A stretch of DNA of 42,817 nt from an uncultured Gammaproteobacteria bacterium (GCA_964461825.1 CAYWVJ010000001.1:15917-58733); one strand, 5' to 3'. Positions 1 through 9,221 are shown, numbered from the stretch's first letter. The notes: generated from the sequence alone by a model not told the origin. Numbers and translations are program-made.

Positions 1-18
1 CGTTTTTCCGTAAAAACG
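1..18 (-). terminator. AT-rich hairpin downstream of the YfhO-1 stop; weak terminator candidate, cut by the window edge
   Basis: CGTTTTT-CCGT-AAAAACG is a 7-bp inverted repeat with a 4-nt loop, 15 nt beyond the stop at 33-35. The stem is weak (A/T rich). Confidence 0.2.
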
Positions 19-32
19 TTTCCATCCGTCCG

Positions 33-2204
33 TTACAAAGGTAGCATTGCATAGCGAACGGTTATTCGGTGCGTTCCTTTGGGAACGACGAAACCGATAA
101 AGAGATAATCAACCCTTCGTACGGCTATTCGTTTTCCATCAATTTCCACTTTCCAGTTCGGATCGAAGGAGTTGGAAACAACGACGAACCTGTCCTCGCG
201 AAGAGTCGCCGTCGCCGTAAGCGAATCGCCGGTGTATGACGTGATGCGTATTGTCTCGTCCGGCCCAAACGCGCTTCCGTTCAGAGTAAACCCGTCCTCG
301 GCAAGCGCCGTTTCCCGCGGCTGGAATTTTTTGTCGTACAGAACGTTGAACAGTTCCTGTTTCGACGATACGGACCGGACAGACGCAACGGCCCACATGC
401 GGGGCAGCGCTTTTTTATAAAAATATATCCGGGTATTCCCTTCCCGGTACATGAGTTCCAGATTCGGATTTTTGACGTCGTCGAGCGCCGCGACGTACGT
501 CACGTTGAGCAGCGGCAGGAGCGGCGAATCCACGTTGGATAGCGTGATAATTCTGTTAAATCCGAACGGCGGCGTGATGTTCGGCTCGTTCCGGTTGACG
601 GCCGCAATAAATTCCTCATACCGCGCGTCATACACCGGGTCATACCCTTCCGGCGTTTCTATGCCGTAATATGCAGTCACGTCCGGCGGCAGCGCGCGGT
701 TATCCAGACTCATCACGCGGAACGGTTTTTGCTGGCTCTGCAAAAATGATATCGCCTGCGTCGCGGGAAAAAAATATTCCCGCGGCGTAAACGGCGTAAA
801 TTTCCAGCCGAAACGGAAGAGGTCAAACGCGACGAACCCGAATACGCCGACCAGCCAGACGGTTTTCCACTGTTTCGGTGACAGCGCGGCAACTATGGCG
901 CCGCCGGCAAGCAACATGCCCGGCAATACGAGATTTCGCCGCGCAACGGGATTGTCAGTCGTCCAGAGCGCGGCAAGGACAACGGCCAGCGCGGCAAAAA
1001 TGACGAATATTTTTTTGGACGGGTTGCGCACGAACGCGTCAACGCCCAGCGCCGCAAGAACCGCAAGACTGAAATCGACGAGCACCATAAGCCTCGTCGG
1101 CTGCAACGCCGACCAGTACGGGATCCGCCACACGTACGGCAGTCTGGCAATCGGCGTGGGCAGAAGGAAAAGAAATACGATACCCAGCCAGACGCCGAAA
1201 AATCTCGTCAAACGGTCTTTGCGCGCGATAAGCGCATACGCGCCGAAGATGAGCGGCAGTACGCCGACATAGCCGATAAATTCTCCGTAATTCCATACGC
1301 CCCAGTAATTCAGCGTTGCGGGATTGCCGAAAAAATCGGGAGCGATAAACTGCGCAAGATGCTGCCACGGCAGAAACCAGCCGTCGCGGGTCCACGCGGC
1401 AGCGTCCCCCAGCCGCGCGCTGCGGCCGAGAAACTGCAGCATCGGCACCCACTCAAGCGACGTAGCGATACCGGCGGCGAGCCCCGCAGCAACCAACTGC
1501 CACGAAAACCGAAGCGCCGCGTATGCTGCGGCAAAAATGAATGTGTACAGTGCAACCTGCGCGTGTCCGGCGAAAAAGGCAAAACTCAGCGACAGCGCAA
1601 GCAGTACCGACCAGCGGAATTTCCGGTCCGTTTCGGCAACCTTATCGATGCAAAGGAGAATGAGCGGAAGCCACAGCGCGGTCTGCACGATCGTTCCCCA
1701 CGTGAGCCACGCGACGGAAAATCCGCTGAAGGCCCACGTAATGCCTCCGATTGCGGAACTCCACGGCGACAGTTTTTTGTTCCTGAGAAACAGGAAAAGG
1801 AACAGCCCGGCAAGCACCGGCTGCAGGATGATAAGCCACGTCCACGCCGCAGAAAACGGGAAAACGAAAAACAGGACGTTCAAAGGATACAGCCATCCCG
1901 CCTGAATGTTCGCAAGAAGCGGCGTTCCGGAAAAATTGTACGGATTCCACAGCGGCATGCTCCCCTGTTTTACGGAATCAATGACGAGTTTCCGCCACGG
2001 AATCTGCTGGCGAATCGGGTCCGTGATCAGAAAATTTTTGAACGGTACGCCGGCCGGATAGTCTTTTGCCGCTGCATCAAGCCACGGATGGTACAGTCCG
2101 ATGAGCGTATCCGTCGGCACCGGCAGCAGCCCTTTCGTGAACGTCTGGTAAAAAAATGCAAGAGACGCGGCAATCAAAACCAAAAGTGCTAAATATTTTT
2201 TCAT
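33..2204 (-). CDS. YfhO-family polytopic membrane glycosyltransferase (GT-C-like), paralog 1
   Basis: 723-aa multi-TM ORF. It has an N-terminal loop 'DPIRQQIPWRKL', a central 'FIAPDFFGNP' and a C-terminal module 'DPNWKVEIDGK...VPKGTHRITVRY'. These are shared with the ORFs at 4525-6720 and 39909-42266. The ATG at 2204 forms an ATGA overlap with the upstream stop. Confidence 0.8.
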   Translation of the reverse strand: MKKYLALLVLIAASLAFFYQTFTKGLLPVPTDTLIGLYHPWLDAAAKDYPAGVPFKNFLITDPIRQQIPWRKLVIDSVKQGSMPLWNPYNFSGTPLLANIQAGWLYPLNVLFFVFPFSAAWTWLIILQPVLAGLFLFLFLRNKKLSPWSSAIGGITWAFSGFSVAWLTWGTIVQTALWLPLILLCIDKVAETDRKFRWSVLLALSLSFAFFAGHAQVALYTFIFAAAYAALRFSWQLVAAGLAAGIATSLEWVPMLQFLGRSARLGDAAAWTRDGWFLPWQHLAQFIAPDFFGNPATLNYWGVWNYGEFIGYVGVLPLIFGAYALIARKDRLTRFFGVWLGIVFLFLLPTPIARLPYVWRIPYWSALQPTRLMVLVDFSLAVLAALGVDAFVRNPSKKIFVIFAALAVVLAALWTTDNPVARRNLVLPGMLLAGGAIVAALSPKQWKTVWLVGVFGFVAFDLFRFGWKFTPFTPREYFFPATQAISFLQSQQKPFRVMSLDNRALPPDVTAYYGIETPEGYDPVYDARYEEFIAAVNRNEPNITPPFGFNRIITLSNVDSPLLPLLNVTYVAALDDVKNPNLELMYREGNTRIYFYKKALPRMWAVASVRSVSSKQELFNVLYDKKFQPRETALAEDGFTLNGSAFGPDETIRITSYTGDSLTATATLREDRFVVVSNSFDPNWKVEIDGKRIAVRRVDYLFIGFVVPKGTHRITVRYAMLPL

Positions 2205-3202
2205 GCCGTTATGCGGGTAAGCAGCGCGTCATATGCACCGGTAAATCGTCCGACGCCGAAATTTTTTGCCCGTTCCTGAACGTTTTTAACCATTCCCGTT
2301 TTTTGCGTTGCCTTCTTTGTTTTTTCAATAAGCTCCGTAACGCCCGCCCAGAGGTACCCGCTTTCGCCTTCGCGCACGATTTCCGGCAAACCGCCGCCCG
2401 CAAAAACGATCGGAATGCAGCCGGCAGACATCGCCTCCACGGTCGAAATGCCGAAATGCTCCATATTTTCCGGCTTGGTTTCGTGATATCCTGCCGCGTG
2501 CCAGTAAATTTTTGCCTGTCTGTACAGCGCGGCGATTTCATCAAACGCACAATTGGCTACTATCCGCACCGGAAGTTTACCGGCGGCAGACCGAAGTTTT
2601 GCAGCATACGCGGTATCTGCCGGCATCAGTCCGCCTGCCAGCACGAGCTCATAGCCGGAAAAATTTCCCCGGCGGAATGCTTCGATAAGCACGTCCTGCT
2701 TTTTCAAAGGGTGAAAACGGCCGACCGAAAGAATGACGTTTTTTTTGTTTGATTTTTCCGTAATCGGTACGACCGGCGGATAAATGACGGTTGAGGGAAT
2801 CGTAAGATTTCTTTGCGTAAACTCTGAATTAGACACGATTGCGTTGTACCGGGCCAGCTTAACGGAATGCGTTCGGATAGTCTGAAACGGAACCTGAAAA
2901 TGGAGGATGTTATACCGCGCAAACGTCGTGGGGATGCTTCCGTCGCTCAGGAAAAAAATCAGGTCGTACTTTCGCGAAACGAATAACTTCCGAAAAATAT
3001 TTTTCGTTTGAAATACGTTTTCAACGGTCCGTATTTTTGAAAGACCGATGCCCAGTCTTTTTTCCGCCTTTTCAACGATCGCCGGATCGTCCCAAAATAA
3101 CGACACGTCGTGTTTTTTTGACCAGTGCGATGCCAGCGTCAGGGTATACCGCTCCCCGCCGGACAGCGAATCAAAATACGGATTATAGAAACCGATTTTC
3201 AT
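2201..3202 (-). CDS. GT4-family (GT-B fold) glycosyltransferase
   Basis: 333 aa. The C-terminal 'EHFGISTVEAMSAGCIPIV' matches the E-x7-E retaining-GT signature region. Confidence 0.8.
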   Translation of the reverse strand: MKIGFYNPYFDSLSGGERYTLTLASHWSKKHDVSLFWDDPAIVEKAEKRLGIGLSKIRTVENVFQTKNIFRKLFVSRKYDLIFFLSDGSIPTTFARYNILHFQVPFQTIRTHSVKLARYNAIVSNSEFTQRNLTIPSTVIYPPVVPITEKSNKKNVILSVGRFHPLKKQDVLIEAFRRGNFSGYELVLAGGLMPADTAYAAKLRSAAGKLPVRIVANCAFDEIAALYRQAKIYWHAAGYHETKPENMEHFGISTVEAMSAGCIPIVFAGGGLPEIVREGESGYLWAGVTELIEKTKKATQKTGMVKNVQERAKNFGVGRFTGAYDALLTRITA

Positions 3203-3226
3203 GATTTGACTTTTTCAATACACGAT

Positions 3227-3232
3227 ATTATA
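3227..3232 (-). promoter_or_regulatory. Candidate -10 box (TATAAT) upstream of the GT4 gene
   Basis: The minus strand reads TATAAT 24 nt upstream of the ATG at 3202, in a 58-bp spacer created by the low-GC islet. No convincing -35 was found. Confidence 0.3.
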
Positions 3233-3260
3233 ATGGTTTTATCACGATGACTGGATAGGC

Positions 3261-3788
3261 CTAAGGTTTCGACCGACCGCCGATGCCAGTCACTTGTTTT
3301 TTAAGCGTCTTTACGAGTTCTAAACTTCCTCGTAATTTATCTACTCTCACAATAAACCGTGAGAACGGTTTTAATAATCTTGAATAGTATTTGTTTGGTG
3401 CCATCATTAAAAGCAGCTTCTCTTTTTCTGCAAGATATTCAACTAAACAACGGAAATCTCCGTCTCCTGAAACGATAATTGCCTTATCATAATTTCCGTA
3501 TTCAATCATGCAGTGCAACACCAATTCTGCATCGACATTACCTTTTACCTTACCGTCCGGCAGCTCCAGTGTCGGTTTCCAGATAACAATATACCCACAT
3601 TCCTGCAACCGTTTATAAAGTAATTCGTTCCCAGCAACGTACCCGATAAATAAAAATGCTTTCTCAATCTTATATTTGTTCCGAAGATACTGTCTGAATT
3701 TCCGCCAGTCCAGCCGCCAACCCAGCGATTTAATGCCGAGGTTTAAATTCTGACTGTCGATAAATGCGTAGTTACTGCGTTTTTTCAT
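3261..3788 (-). CDS. NYN-domain (LabA/DUF88-like, PIN-fold) predicted ribonuclease
   Basis: 175 aa. Motifs: 'YAFIDSQNLNLG', 'KGNVDAELVL' and 'IIVSGDGDF', the acidic residues of the NYN fold. A 60-nt hand sample is about 35% GC against about 55% in flanking genes. Confidence 0.75.
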   Translation of the reverse strand: MKKRSNYAFIDSQNLNLGIKSLGWRLDWRKFRQYLRNKYKIEKAFLFIGYVAGNELLYKRLQECGYIVIWKPTLELPDGKVKGNVDAELVLHCMIEYGNYDKAIIVSGDGDFRCLVEYLAEKEKLLLMMAPNKYYSRLLKPFSRFIVRVDKLRGSLELVKTLKKQVTGIGGRSKP

Positions 3789-3801
3789 AATTCTTCATTT
3801 A

Positions 3802-3810
3802 ATAGTACCA
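3802..3810 (-). promoter_or_regulatory. Candidate extended -10 promoter (TGgTACTAT) for the NYN gene
   Basis: The minus strand reads acgTGgTACTAT, ending 13 nt before the ATG at 3788. This implies a very short leader. Confidence 0.35.
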
Positions 3811-3824
3811 CGTTTTTCCCAATA

Positions 3825-3887
3825 CAAAACCCCCCGTCATCAAAATTGCGCTTTTTAAAGCAACAACTCCGAATCGGAGGGGTTTTG
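3825..3887 (-). terminator. Nested hairpins downstream of the 4-TM gene; possible intrinsic terminator
   Basis: On the minus strand, CAAAACCCC (3887-3879) pairs with GGGGTTTTG (3833-3825). An inner CTCCG-ATT-CGGAG hairpin (3879-3867) is followed by UUGUUGCUUU. The stems are short, so the terminator call is tentative. Confidence 0.3.
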
Positions 3888-3897
3888 CACGTACAGT

Positions 3898-4311
3898 TTA
3901 CTCGGTTTCAATTGCAGGTCTGGCGGTATGCCGAACAAGATAAAGGACGGCGGCACGCGCGTTTATCAGTATAGCAAAACTGAAGAGGAACATCGCGACG
4001 TTAACATCCGTACCCTTGCCGATTTCCATAAGCCACCATGTAAACAACACAACTGCGTTCAAAGCAAACACGGGCAAACCGTAAAGTAGGTTTTTCTTCG
4101 TTCGCTCTTCCGCAATTGTATATGCGAATGCCAGAATGCCAAATCCAATCAGCGTTACGGAAACTAACCAGTCTATGACTGGATAATTCCATAATGTAGG
4201 TGAGATAAGGTCAATCGGCATCGAAATGCCCGACCAGAACGTCCACATCCAGACCGAAAGGGACGCGCCGAGCAACGTGAACAGAACACTCCAACTAAAA
4301 ATCTTTTTCAT
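3898..4311 (-). CDS. Small 4-TM membrane protein, unknown function
   Basis: 137 aa with four hydrophobic segments. A strong RBS (gcaaaGGAGGctcaaATG) precedes the ATG at 4311. GC is intermediate (about 43% in a hand sample). Confidence 0.6.
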   Translation of the reverse strand: MKKIFSWSVLFTLLGASLSVWMWTFWSGISMPIDLISPTLWNYPVIDWLVSVTLIGFGILAFAYTIAEERTKKNLLYGLPVFALNAVVLFTWWLMEIGKGTDVNVAMFLFSFAILINARAAVLYLVRHTARPAIETE

Positions 4312-4346
4312 TTGAGCCTCCTTTGCTCATTTTCTGAACTTACGAA

Positions 4347-4396
4347 TGGATGGGGATTGAAAACGATGTTTCTTTTTTCGTGCTCAATGCCATCCA
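4347..4396. other. Imperfect long hairpin inside the 213-bp non-coding spacer
   Basis: TGGATGG (4347-4353) pairs with CCATCCA (4390-4396). ATTGA (4356-4360) pairs with TCAAT (4384-4388). The loop is 23 nt and there are small bulges. Confidence 0.3.
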
Positions 4397-4509
4397 CTCG
4401 CCGGAGACTCTATCCGCAACTGTAAACGTGCAATAAACGCGGTAAGGCACAACTATAAGCTTCGCATAAGAAGCTAAAGTATGCGCTTACAGACCCAGAA
4501 GTCTATCAA

Positions 4510-4524
4510 AAGAAGAAGAAGAAG
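4510..4524. repeat. (AAG)5 microsatellite abutting the YfhO-2 stop codon
   Basis: Five perfect AAG units are read directly at 4510-4524. Confidence 0.9.
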
Positions 4525-6720
4525 TCAAGTATTATGGGATAAATAACGAGTATAAAATGTACTCATTAAGAGGCCGATGACGCTCAGAACAAGGCCAACC
4601 GGAAGCTCCCACGGGGAGTACCGAAAAACGACCGTATGGCTGCCAGCGGGCAGCGAAACGGCGCGGAAATCATAATCCGCGCGGTAAATTTTTGCGGGTT
4701 TGCCGTCAACCGTCGCCTTCCAGCCGGCATCGTACACGTCGGAAAGAAAAAGTAATTTAGGAAAGGCTGATGCAGTTTTGATCACAACAGTATTCGGCTG
4801 ATAGTCCGTAATTTCTGCAGACCCATCGCCGGTCTTGGGCTCATTATCCGGTTTTTCCTCGAGTACGAGATTTTCCCGCCGGTTGAAATTCTGCGCAAAC
4901 AGATCGTTTATGCCGCCGATGACATATCCTGACGCCAAAAACGCGCGCGGAAACGCATCGGGGTATTCAAATATCCCGTACAATCCGTCACTGTATACCT
5001 GCCGCATGCCCGGATATTCCCAGTACGGAAACGTCCACACGTTTTTTCCGTCGCTTAACCGGTGGTAAATGTAGCGGACGCCCAGAAGCTGCAGCGCCTC
5101 GGTTTTGTAAAGTCCGTTTTTATCAAACTGGACGACGGACCGCAGGCCCGGCGACACGAATCCTTTCGACACGTACTGCATAAATTCGCCGTACCGCGCC
5201 TGATACACGGCATCATACCCCTCAGTGAGCTGCAGCCGGTACGTTGCACCGACCTCGTTGCCGATGTTGCCAAACACGCGGTTTGCGCCGGCGTTCTTCT
5301 GTACATAGAGAGCGGATTTAATCTGCGGATACACGTACCGGCGCGGGGTAAACGGCATCCATTTTGCCGCAAAACGCAGCACGTCAACGGCGGTAAGGGC
5401 AATAAGCGCGTATATCGCCAATCTCTGTTTTACGTTCATAAAAACGACCGCGGCGATGACAAGAACGGTCGGCAGGACGAAATTGTGTTTTGCTACCGCG
5501 AGTTTGTCGGGCGGCAGGACGCCGGCAAACAGCAAAAGCCAGACGATGCCGACCGCCGCGACGATTGACACCGCGAATTTCCTGTCGGGCCGAAGCGCGT
5601 CTGCCCCGTATGCGGACAGCACCGCGAGCGAAAAACTCGTGAGGATGATTATGCGCGATGCCGCGCTGCCGGACAAGACCGGAATTTTCAGAATATACAG
5701 AAGGTCATTAAGCGGCGTGGGCAGTGCAAAAAGAAGCGCGACGGCGCCAAGCAGCACAAAAAACCAGACGTCTTTCGTCCGCTTTTTTACGGCGGCAAAC
5801 AATGCAAGCAAAAGCGTTGCGACGCCGACAAATCCTGCCCATTCCGCGTAATGTCCGAACCAGTCGTTCCGCGTTACCGGATTGCCGAAAAAATCAGGCG
5901 CGATAAACGTCACAAGATACTGCCATGGAATGACGTCGCCTTTGAGAACCGCGCTGCCTCTGGTTGACGAAACAAACGAGTGCAGTCCCAGAAGAATCTG
6001 CGGCGCAGCGATGAGAAGCCCCGCAACCACGTACAAAAATTGCTTCCGTTGTTTTTTCCAGAGAATGTACGCAGCGGCTGCCGAAAGCACGTAAAGGCTC
6101 GTCTGAAGATGGCCGGAGAGGAACGATACGGCAATCCCCGCGCTTATTGCCCACCCGCGCTTCGTATGCACGCCCCAGAAAACGAGCGGCAAAAAAAGCG
6201 CCGCGTACCCGAGCGTGCCGTACGCCATCCACACCGTAATAAATCCGCTGAACATGAATGCGATACCTGCGAGCGTCGAGGCGGCTCGGGACCGATCAAG
6301 GCTGCGGGCTAATAGATACATGAACAGCCCCGCAAGAAGCGGCTGCACAAGTATCATGATGCTCCACGCGTCAAGAAACGGCAGCACGAAAAAAAGCAGA
6401 TTGACCGGGGAAAATACGGCAGTCTGGTAATTGCCGGCATGCGGCGTGCCGGAAAAACCGTACGGGTTCCACAGGGGTACGCTGCCGGATTTCCATACGT
6501 CGACCGTCAGTTTCTTCCACGGGTAGATCTGCGTAATCACGTCGGGCATCGCGTTATTTTTCACCGGCATTGCGTACTGACTGCTCCACGGAGGGAAAAA
6601 GCTTACGAGATAATCCGAGGGGAACGGCACGAGGCCCTTAAAAACATACGGCCGGGCAAAAACGAGCCATAACAACACGATAACGATTACCGGCCAACTT
6701 TTTTTTCCTGCATTTCCCAT
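4525..6720 (-). CDS. YfhO-family polytopic membrane glycosyltransferase (GT-C-like), paralog 2
   Basis: 731 aa, multi-TM. Motifs: 'DVITQIYPWKKL', 'FIAPDFFGNP' and a C-terminal 'DAGWKATVDGK...LPAGSHTVVFRY'. It overlaps the upstream GT2 by 34 nt. Confidence 0.8.
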   Translation of the reverse strand: MGNAGKKSWPVIVIVLLWLVFARPYVFKGLVPFPSDYLVSFFPPWSSQYAMPVKNNAMPDVITQIYPWKKLTVDVWKSGSVPLWNPYGFSGTPHAGNYQTAVFSPVNLLFFVLPFLDAWSIMILVQPLLAGLFMYLLARSLDRSRAASTLAGIAFMFSGFITVWMAYGTLGYAALFLPLVFWGVHTKRGWAISAGIAVSFLSGHLQTSLYVLSAAAAYILWKKQRKQFLYVVAGLLIAAPQILLGLHSFVSSTRGSAVLKGDVIPWQYLVTFIAPDFFGNPVTRNDWFGHYAEWAGFVGVATLLLALFAAVKKRTKDVWFFVLLGAVALLFALPTPLNDLLYILKIPVLSGSAASRIIILTSFSLAVLSAYGADALRPDRKFAVSIVAAVGIVWLLLFAGVLPPDKLAVAKHNFVLPTVLVIAAVVFMNVKQRLAIYALIALTAVDVLRFAAKWMPFTPRRYVYPQIKSALYVQKNAGANRVFGNIGNEVGATYRLQLTEGYDAVYQARYGEFMQYVSKGFVSPGLRSVVQFDKNGLYKTEALQLLGVRYIYHRLSDGKNVWTFPYWEYPGMRQVYSDGLYGIFEYPDAFPRAFLASGYVIGGINDLFAQNFNRRENLVLEEKPDNEPKTGDGSAEITDYQPNTVVIKTASAFPKLLFLSDVYDAGWKATVDGKPAKIYRADYDFRAVSLPAGSHTVVFRYSPWELPVGLVLSVIGLLMSTFYTRYLSHNT

Positions 6721-7436
6721 AGTTTTGCGTACGTCACGAACATGCTGAATGCCTGATACATGCTTTCGATCCAGCCGACCGTACCGGCGCGCAGCCCCCG
6801 CTGATCAATATACGACCGGAAAAATCCGGTACCCATGACGCGCAGGAGCCGCCACCAGCTGACGTGCGGGTGGTGCGCGTTAAGCCGCAGCTCCGCTTCG
6901 ACCACAGACCAATCGTTGGTTTTGGCAAGCATCTCCTCAAGCGACCGGTGCGTCCGGTGGATCATCGCGTGCGCAAGCATACCGCTTACCCCTTCGTAGA
7001 CCGGCGTCTCGTGCAGTCTTCCGTGCCAACCCTTGAGCGCTTTTTTCAAAAACAAACGCTCGACCATGTCTTTATACGGCCAATGATGTCCCAAAAAGTA
7101 GGTATCCCGTTTGATAAAATATGCGTTTGCCTTCGGGCGGCGGATGGTTTTTTTGATTTCCGCTGCGAGTGGCCCGGTAATTGTTTCATCCGCATCGACG
7201 TAAAGAACCCAAGCGCCCGTTGCGTGCGACAGCCCCAGTTCCCGCACCGCGGCAAAATCCTTCTGCACTGCCCCGATGACGCTCGCGCCGTATTTTGCCG
7301 CAATGTCGCGGGTCTTATCCGCTGAACCGTTGTCAACGAGAATAATTTCATCCACCCACGTCAGGTGTTTGAGGCAGTTGCCGATTCTCGCTTCTTCGTT
7401 TTTTGCAATGATAACTGCGCTTATCGCCGTTTTCAT
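6687..7436 (-). CDS. GT2-family glycosyltransferase (paralog of 8322-9221)
   Basis: 'AVIIAKNEE', 'ILVDNGSADKT' and 'YVDADE' form a GT-A DxD signature. The start is moved to the ATG at 7436 (MKTAIS), which avoids overlap with the gene ending at 7447. The C-terminal 'YAKLWEMQ' is shared with the ORF at 8322-9221. Confidence 0.8.
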   Translation of the reverse strand: MKTAISAVIIAKNEEARIGNCLKHLTWVDEIILVDNGSADKTRDIAAKYGASVIGAVQKDFAAVRELGLSHATGAWVLYVDADETITGPLAAEIKKTIRRPKANAYFIKRDTYFLGHHWPYKDMVERLFLKKALKGWHGRLHETPVYEGVSGMLAHAMIHRTHRSLEEMLAKTNDWSVVEAELRLNAHHPHVSWWRLLRVMGTGFFRSYIDQRGLRAGTVGWIESMYQAFSMFVTYAKLWEMQEKKVGR

Positions 7437-7446
7437 AATGAAAATT

Positions 7447-8349
7447 TCATAATGAAAATCTGTTACCGAACCTCCCCAGCAGAAAATCAAAGAATGCTTT
7501 TCGCCGTACGGGCGAAGTAAACCGCAGCGCCTCCCGAAACAGCGCGAATTTTGTTCTTACCGGCGCGTACCGGAATCCCACAAGCAGCCTGTTTCTCGTC
7601 ATGTAATATTCGTGCAGCGGGTTTCCGGGTCTTCCTGATGACCCCGCATTGACATGCCAAAGCATGCTTGACGGATCGTACACCAGCCGGAATCCGGCTT
7701 TTTTTGCGCGCAGGGAATAATCCAGATCTTCCAGATACAGATAAAATCTGTCGTCGAGAAGCCCGATGCGGTCAAAAACTTCGCTCCTGATCATCATGGA
7801 ACAGCCGGTGATAAACGGCGTATCTTCCTTCGTATCGTATTGTCCGTGATCCACCTCATCAACGCCGCGGTGCGCGGCATACATATTATCCCAGTCGACG
7901 ATGCCGCCCGCATACCAGATGACTTTGCCCCGTTCATGATTTTTATACCGGTCGTGATGGAATTCATGTTCCGGCGCAAAATAAATTTTGCTGCCGCAGA
8001 TTCCGACTGACTGGTCCGAAAAATTTTTCGTCATCGAGAGGACGTTTTTGTCAACATAGGTATCGTTGTTAAGAAGCCATACGAGACCGGCTCCGTTACT
8101 GCGGGCATACGCGATCCCTGCGTTGTTTCCGCCGGTAAAACCCAAGTTCGCGCCGGTCGGCAACAGCTCGATCCACGGATGTTTTTTCCTGAGGTATGAA
8201 ACCGAGTCGTCTTTTGATCCGTTATCCACGACGAGCACGCGCAGATCAACGGATTTTTTTGCGATTTTAGCAAGCGACGCAAGGCAGACGTCGGTATCGC
8301 GTTTCCCGTTCCAGTTGACGATTATGCAATAGACCGTTTTATTTTCCAT
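7447..8349 (-). CDS. GT2-family glycosyltransferase (rhamnosyltransferase-like)
   Basis: 'CIIVNWNGKRDT', 'VVDNGSKDDS' and 'LEDLDYSLRAKKAGF' are typical of the WbbL-like GT2 subgroup. Confidence 0.78.
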   Translation of the reverse strand: MENKTVYCIIVNWNGKRDTDVCLASLAKIAKKSVDLRVLVVDNGSKDDSVSYLRKKHPWIELLPTGANLGFTGGNNAGIAYARSNGAGLVWLLNNDTYVDKNVLSMTKNFSDQSVGICGSKIYFAPEHEFHHDRYKNHERGKVIWYAGGIVDWDNMYAAHRGVDEVDHGQYDTKEDTPFITGCSMMIRSEVFDRIGLLDDRFYLYLEDLDYSLRAKKAGFRLVYDPSSMLWHVNAGSSGRPGNPLHEYYMTRNRLLVGFRYAPVRTKFALFREALRFTSPVRRKAFFDFLLGRFGNRFSL

Positions 8350-9221
8350 AGCAGTTTCTCCACGAAATTTTTTGACTCTTTGAGCCGCATGGTTGAAAGC
8401 CAGTACGATGATTCCTTCCCCGAACGGACAAGTTCGTCCGTCAGCGCGGCGGGGGCAATGTCGCGGGCCGGAAATTTCTGCATCTCCCAGAATTTGACGA
8501 AAACCGCGAACGAATAGAACGCCTGAAACAGCGCAAGCACGAGACCGTGCAGCCCGTCTTTGTAGCCTTCCTGCGCAAAATAAATTTTCAGGAAATCCGA
8601 TAACGGGAACCGTATCGCGTCATACCATACGAACTGGTGATGCATTTGTTCCAGCGACAGCGCTTCGCTCGATGACGCGCGCGTAATCGCCTGCAGATAT
8701 TCGTTTACCGATTCATAATTGTAATGCGTGTACGGCGTTGCCAGTTCCCCGACCTGTCCCTCAACGGCAACGTACTCGTGGATATGCACGCACGGGAATT
8801 TTCCTTTCCCGCGCCGGAAGAGCCGAAGCTGCCTGTCCGGCCACCACAGACCGTGCGTTATCCATTTGCCGAAAATGATGTTTTTCCGCGGTATCCAGAA
8901 TCCGTTTTCTTTCGGATCCGCGTCTATCACCGAACGGATTTCCCCGGCCAGCTCTTTGGGCACTTCCTCATCGGCATCGAGATTTAAGATCCAGTCGCCC
9001 GTTGCCCTGCCGAATCCGAAATTCTTGTTCGTATTGAGCATAAGGATATTTTTTTGCGAATACACGCGCCCGGTGAATTTTTTTGCGATCTCTGCCGTTT
9101 TATCCTGCGACTGGTTATCAATGACTACGATTTCATCCGCAAACGAGACCGAAGAAAGACACCGCGCAAGCGATTGTTCTTCGTTATATGCGGACACGAC
9201 GACTGATAACGTTTTTTTCAT
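8322..9221 (-). CDS. GT2-family glycosyltransferase
   Basis: 'VVVSAYNEE', 'VIDNQSQDKT', 'LNLDADEE' and a C-terminal 'FVKFWEMQ'. It forms an ATGA overlap with the flippase stop. Confidence 0.8.
   Translation of the reverse strand: MKKTLSVVVSAYNEEQSLARCLSSVSFADEIVVIDNQSQDKTAEIAKKFTGRVYSQKNILMLNTNKNFGFGRATGDWILNLDADEEVPKELAGEIRSVIDADPKENGFWIPRKNIIFGKWITHGLWWPDRQLRLFRRGKGKFPCVHIHEYVAVEGQVGELATPYTHYNYESVNEYLQAITRASSSEALSLEQMHHQFVWYDAIRFPLSDFLKIYFAQEGYKDGLHGLVLALFQAFYSFAVFVKFWEMQKFPARDIAPAALTDELVRSGKESSYWLSTMRLKESKNFVEKLLWKIKRSIA

Noticed and set aside
1359-2192. Long plus-strand ORFs opposite well-supported minus-strand genes. Examples: 1359-2192 (277 aa), 20472-21209 (245 aa), 35365-36030 (221 aa), 31113-31745 (210 aa), 27534-28169 (211 aa), 22462-23241 (259 aa).
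   Set aside because: They are Arg/Pro/Ser/Gly-rich low-complexity translations lying fully inside genes with clear family motifs on the other strand. These are typical antisense shadow ORFs of GC-rich coding DNA.
3247-4185. An 11-nt direct repeat ATGACTGGATA at 3247-3257 and 4175-4185, considered as possible insertion-site duplication for the low-GC islet.
   Set aside because: One copy is inside the 4-TM gene rather than at the islet boundary. Exact 11-mers are also expected many times by chance among all position pairs in a 43-kb window.
6699-6706. A8/T8 homopolymer tracts in glycosylation genes, considered as phase-variation switches. They lie at 6699-6706 in the first codons of YfhO-2, 2739-2746 in GT4, and 40602-40609 in YfhO-3.
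   Set aside because: Identical-length tracts occur in housekeeping genes (tsaC at 28430-28437, metal SBP at 36645-36652). All encode Lys-Lys (AAA AAA), so they are explained by codon usage. Only read-level length polymorphism would revive the idea.
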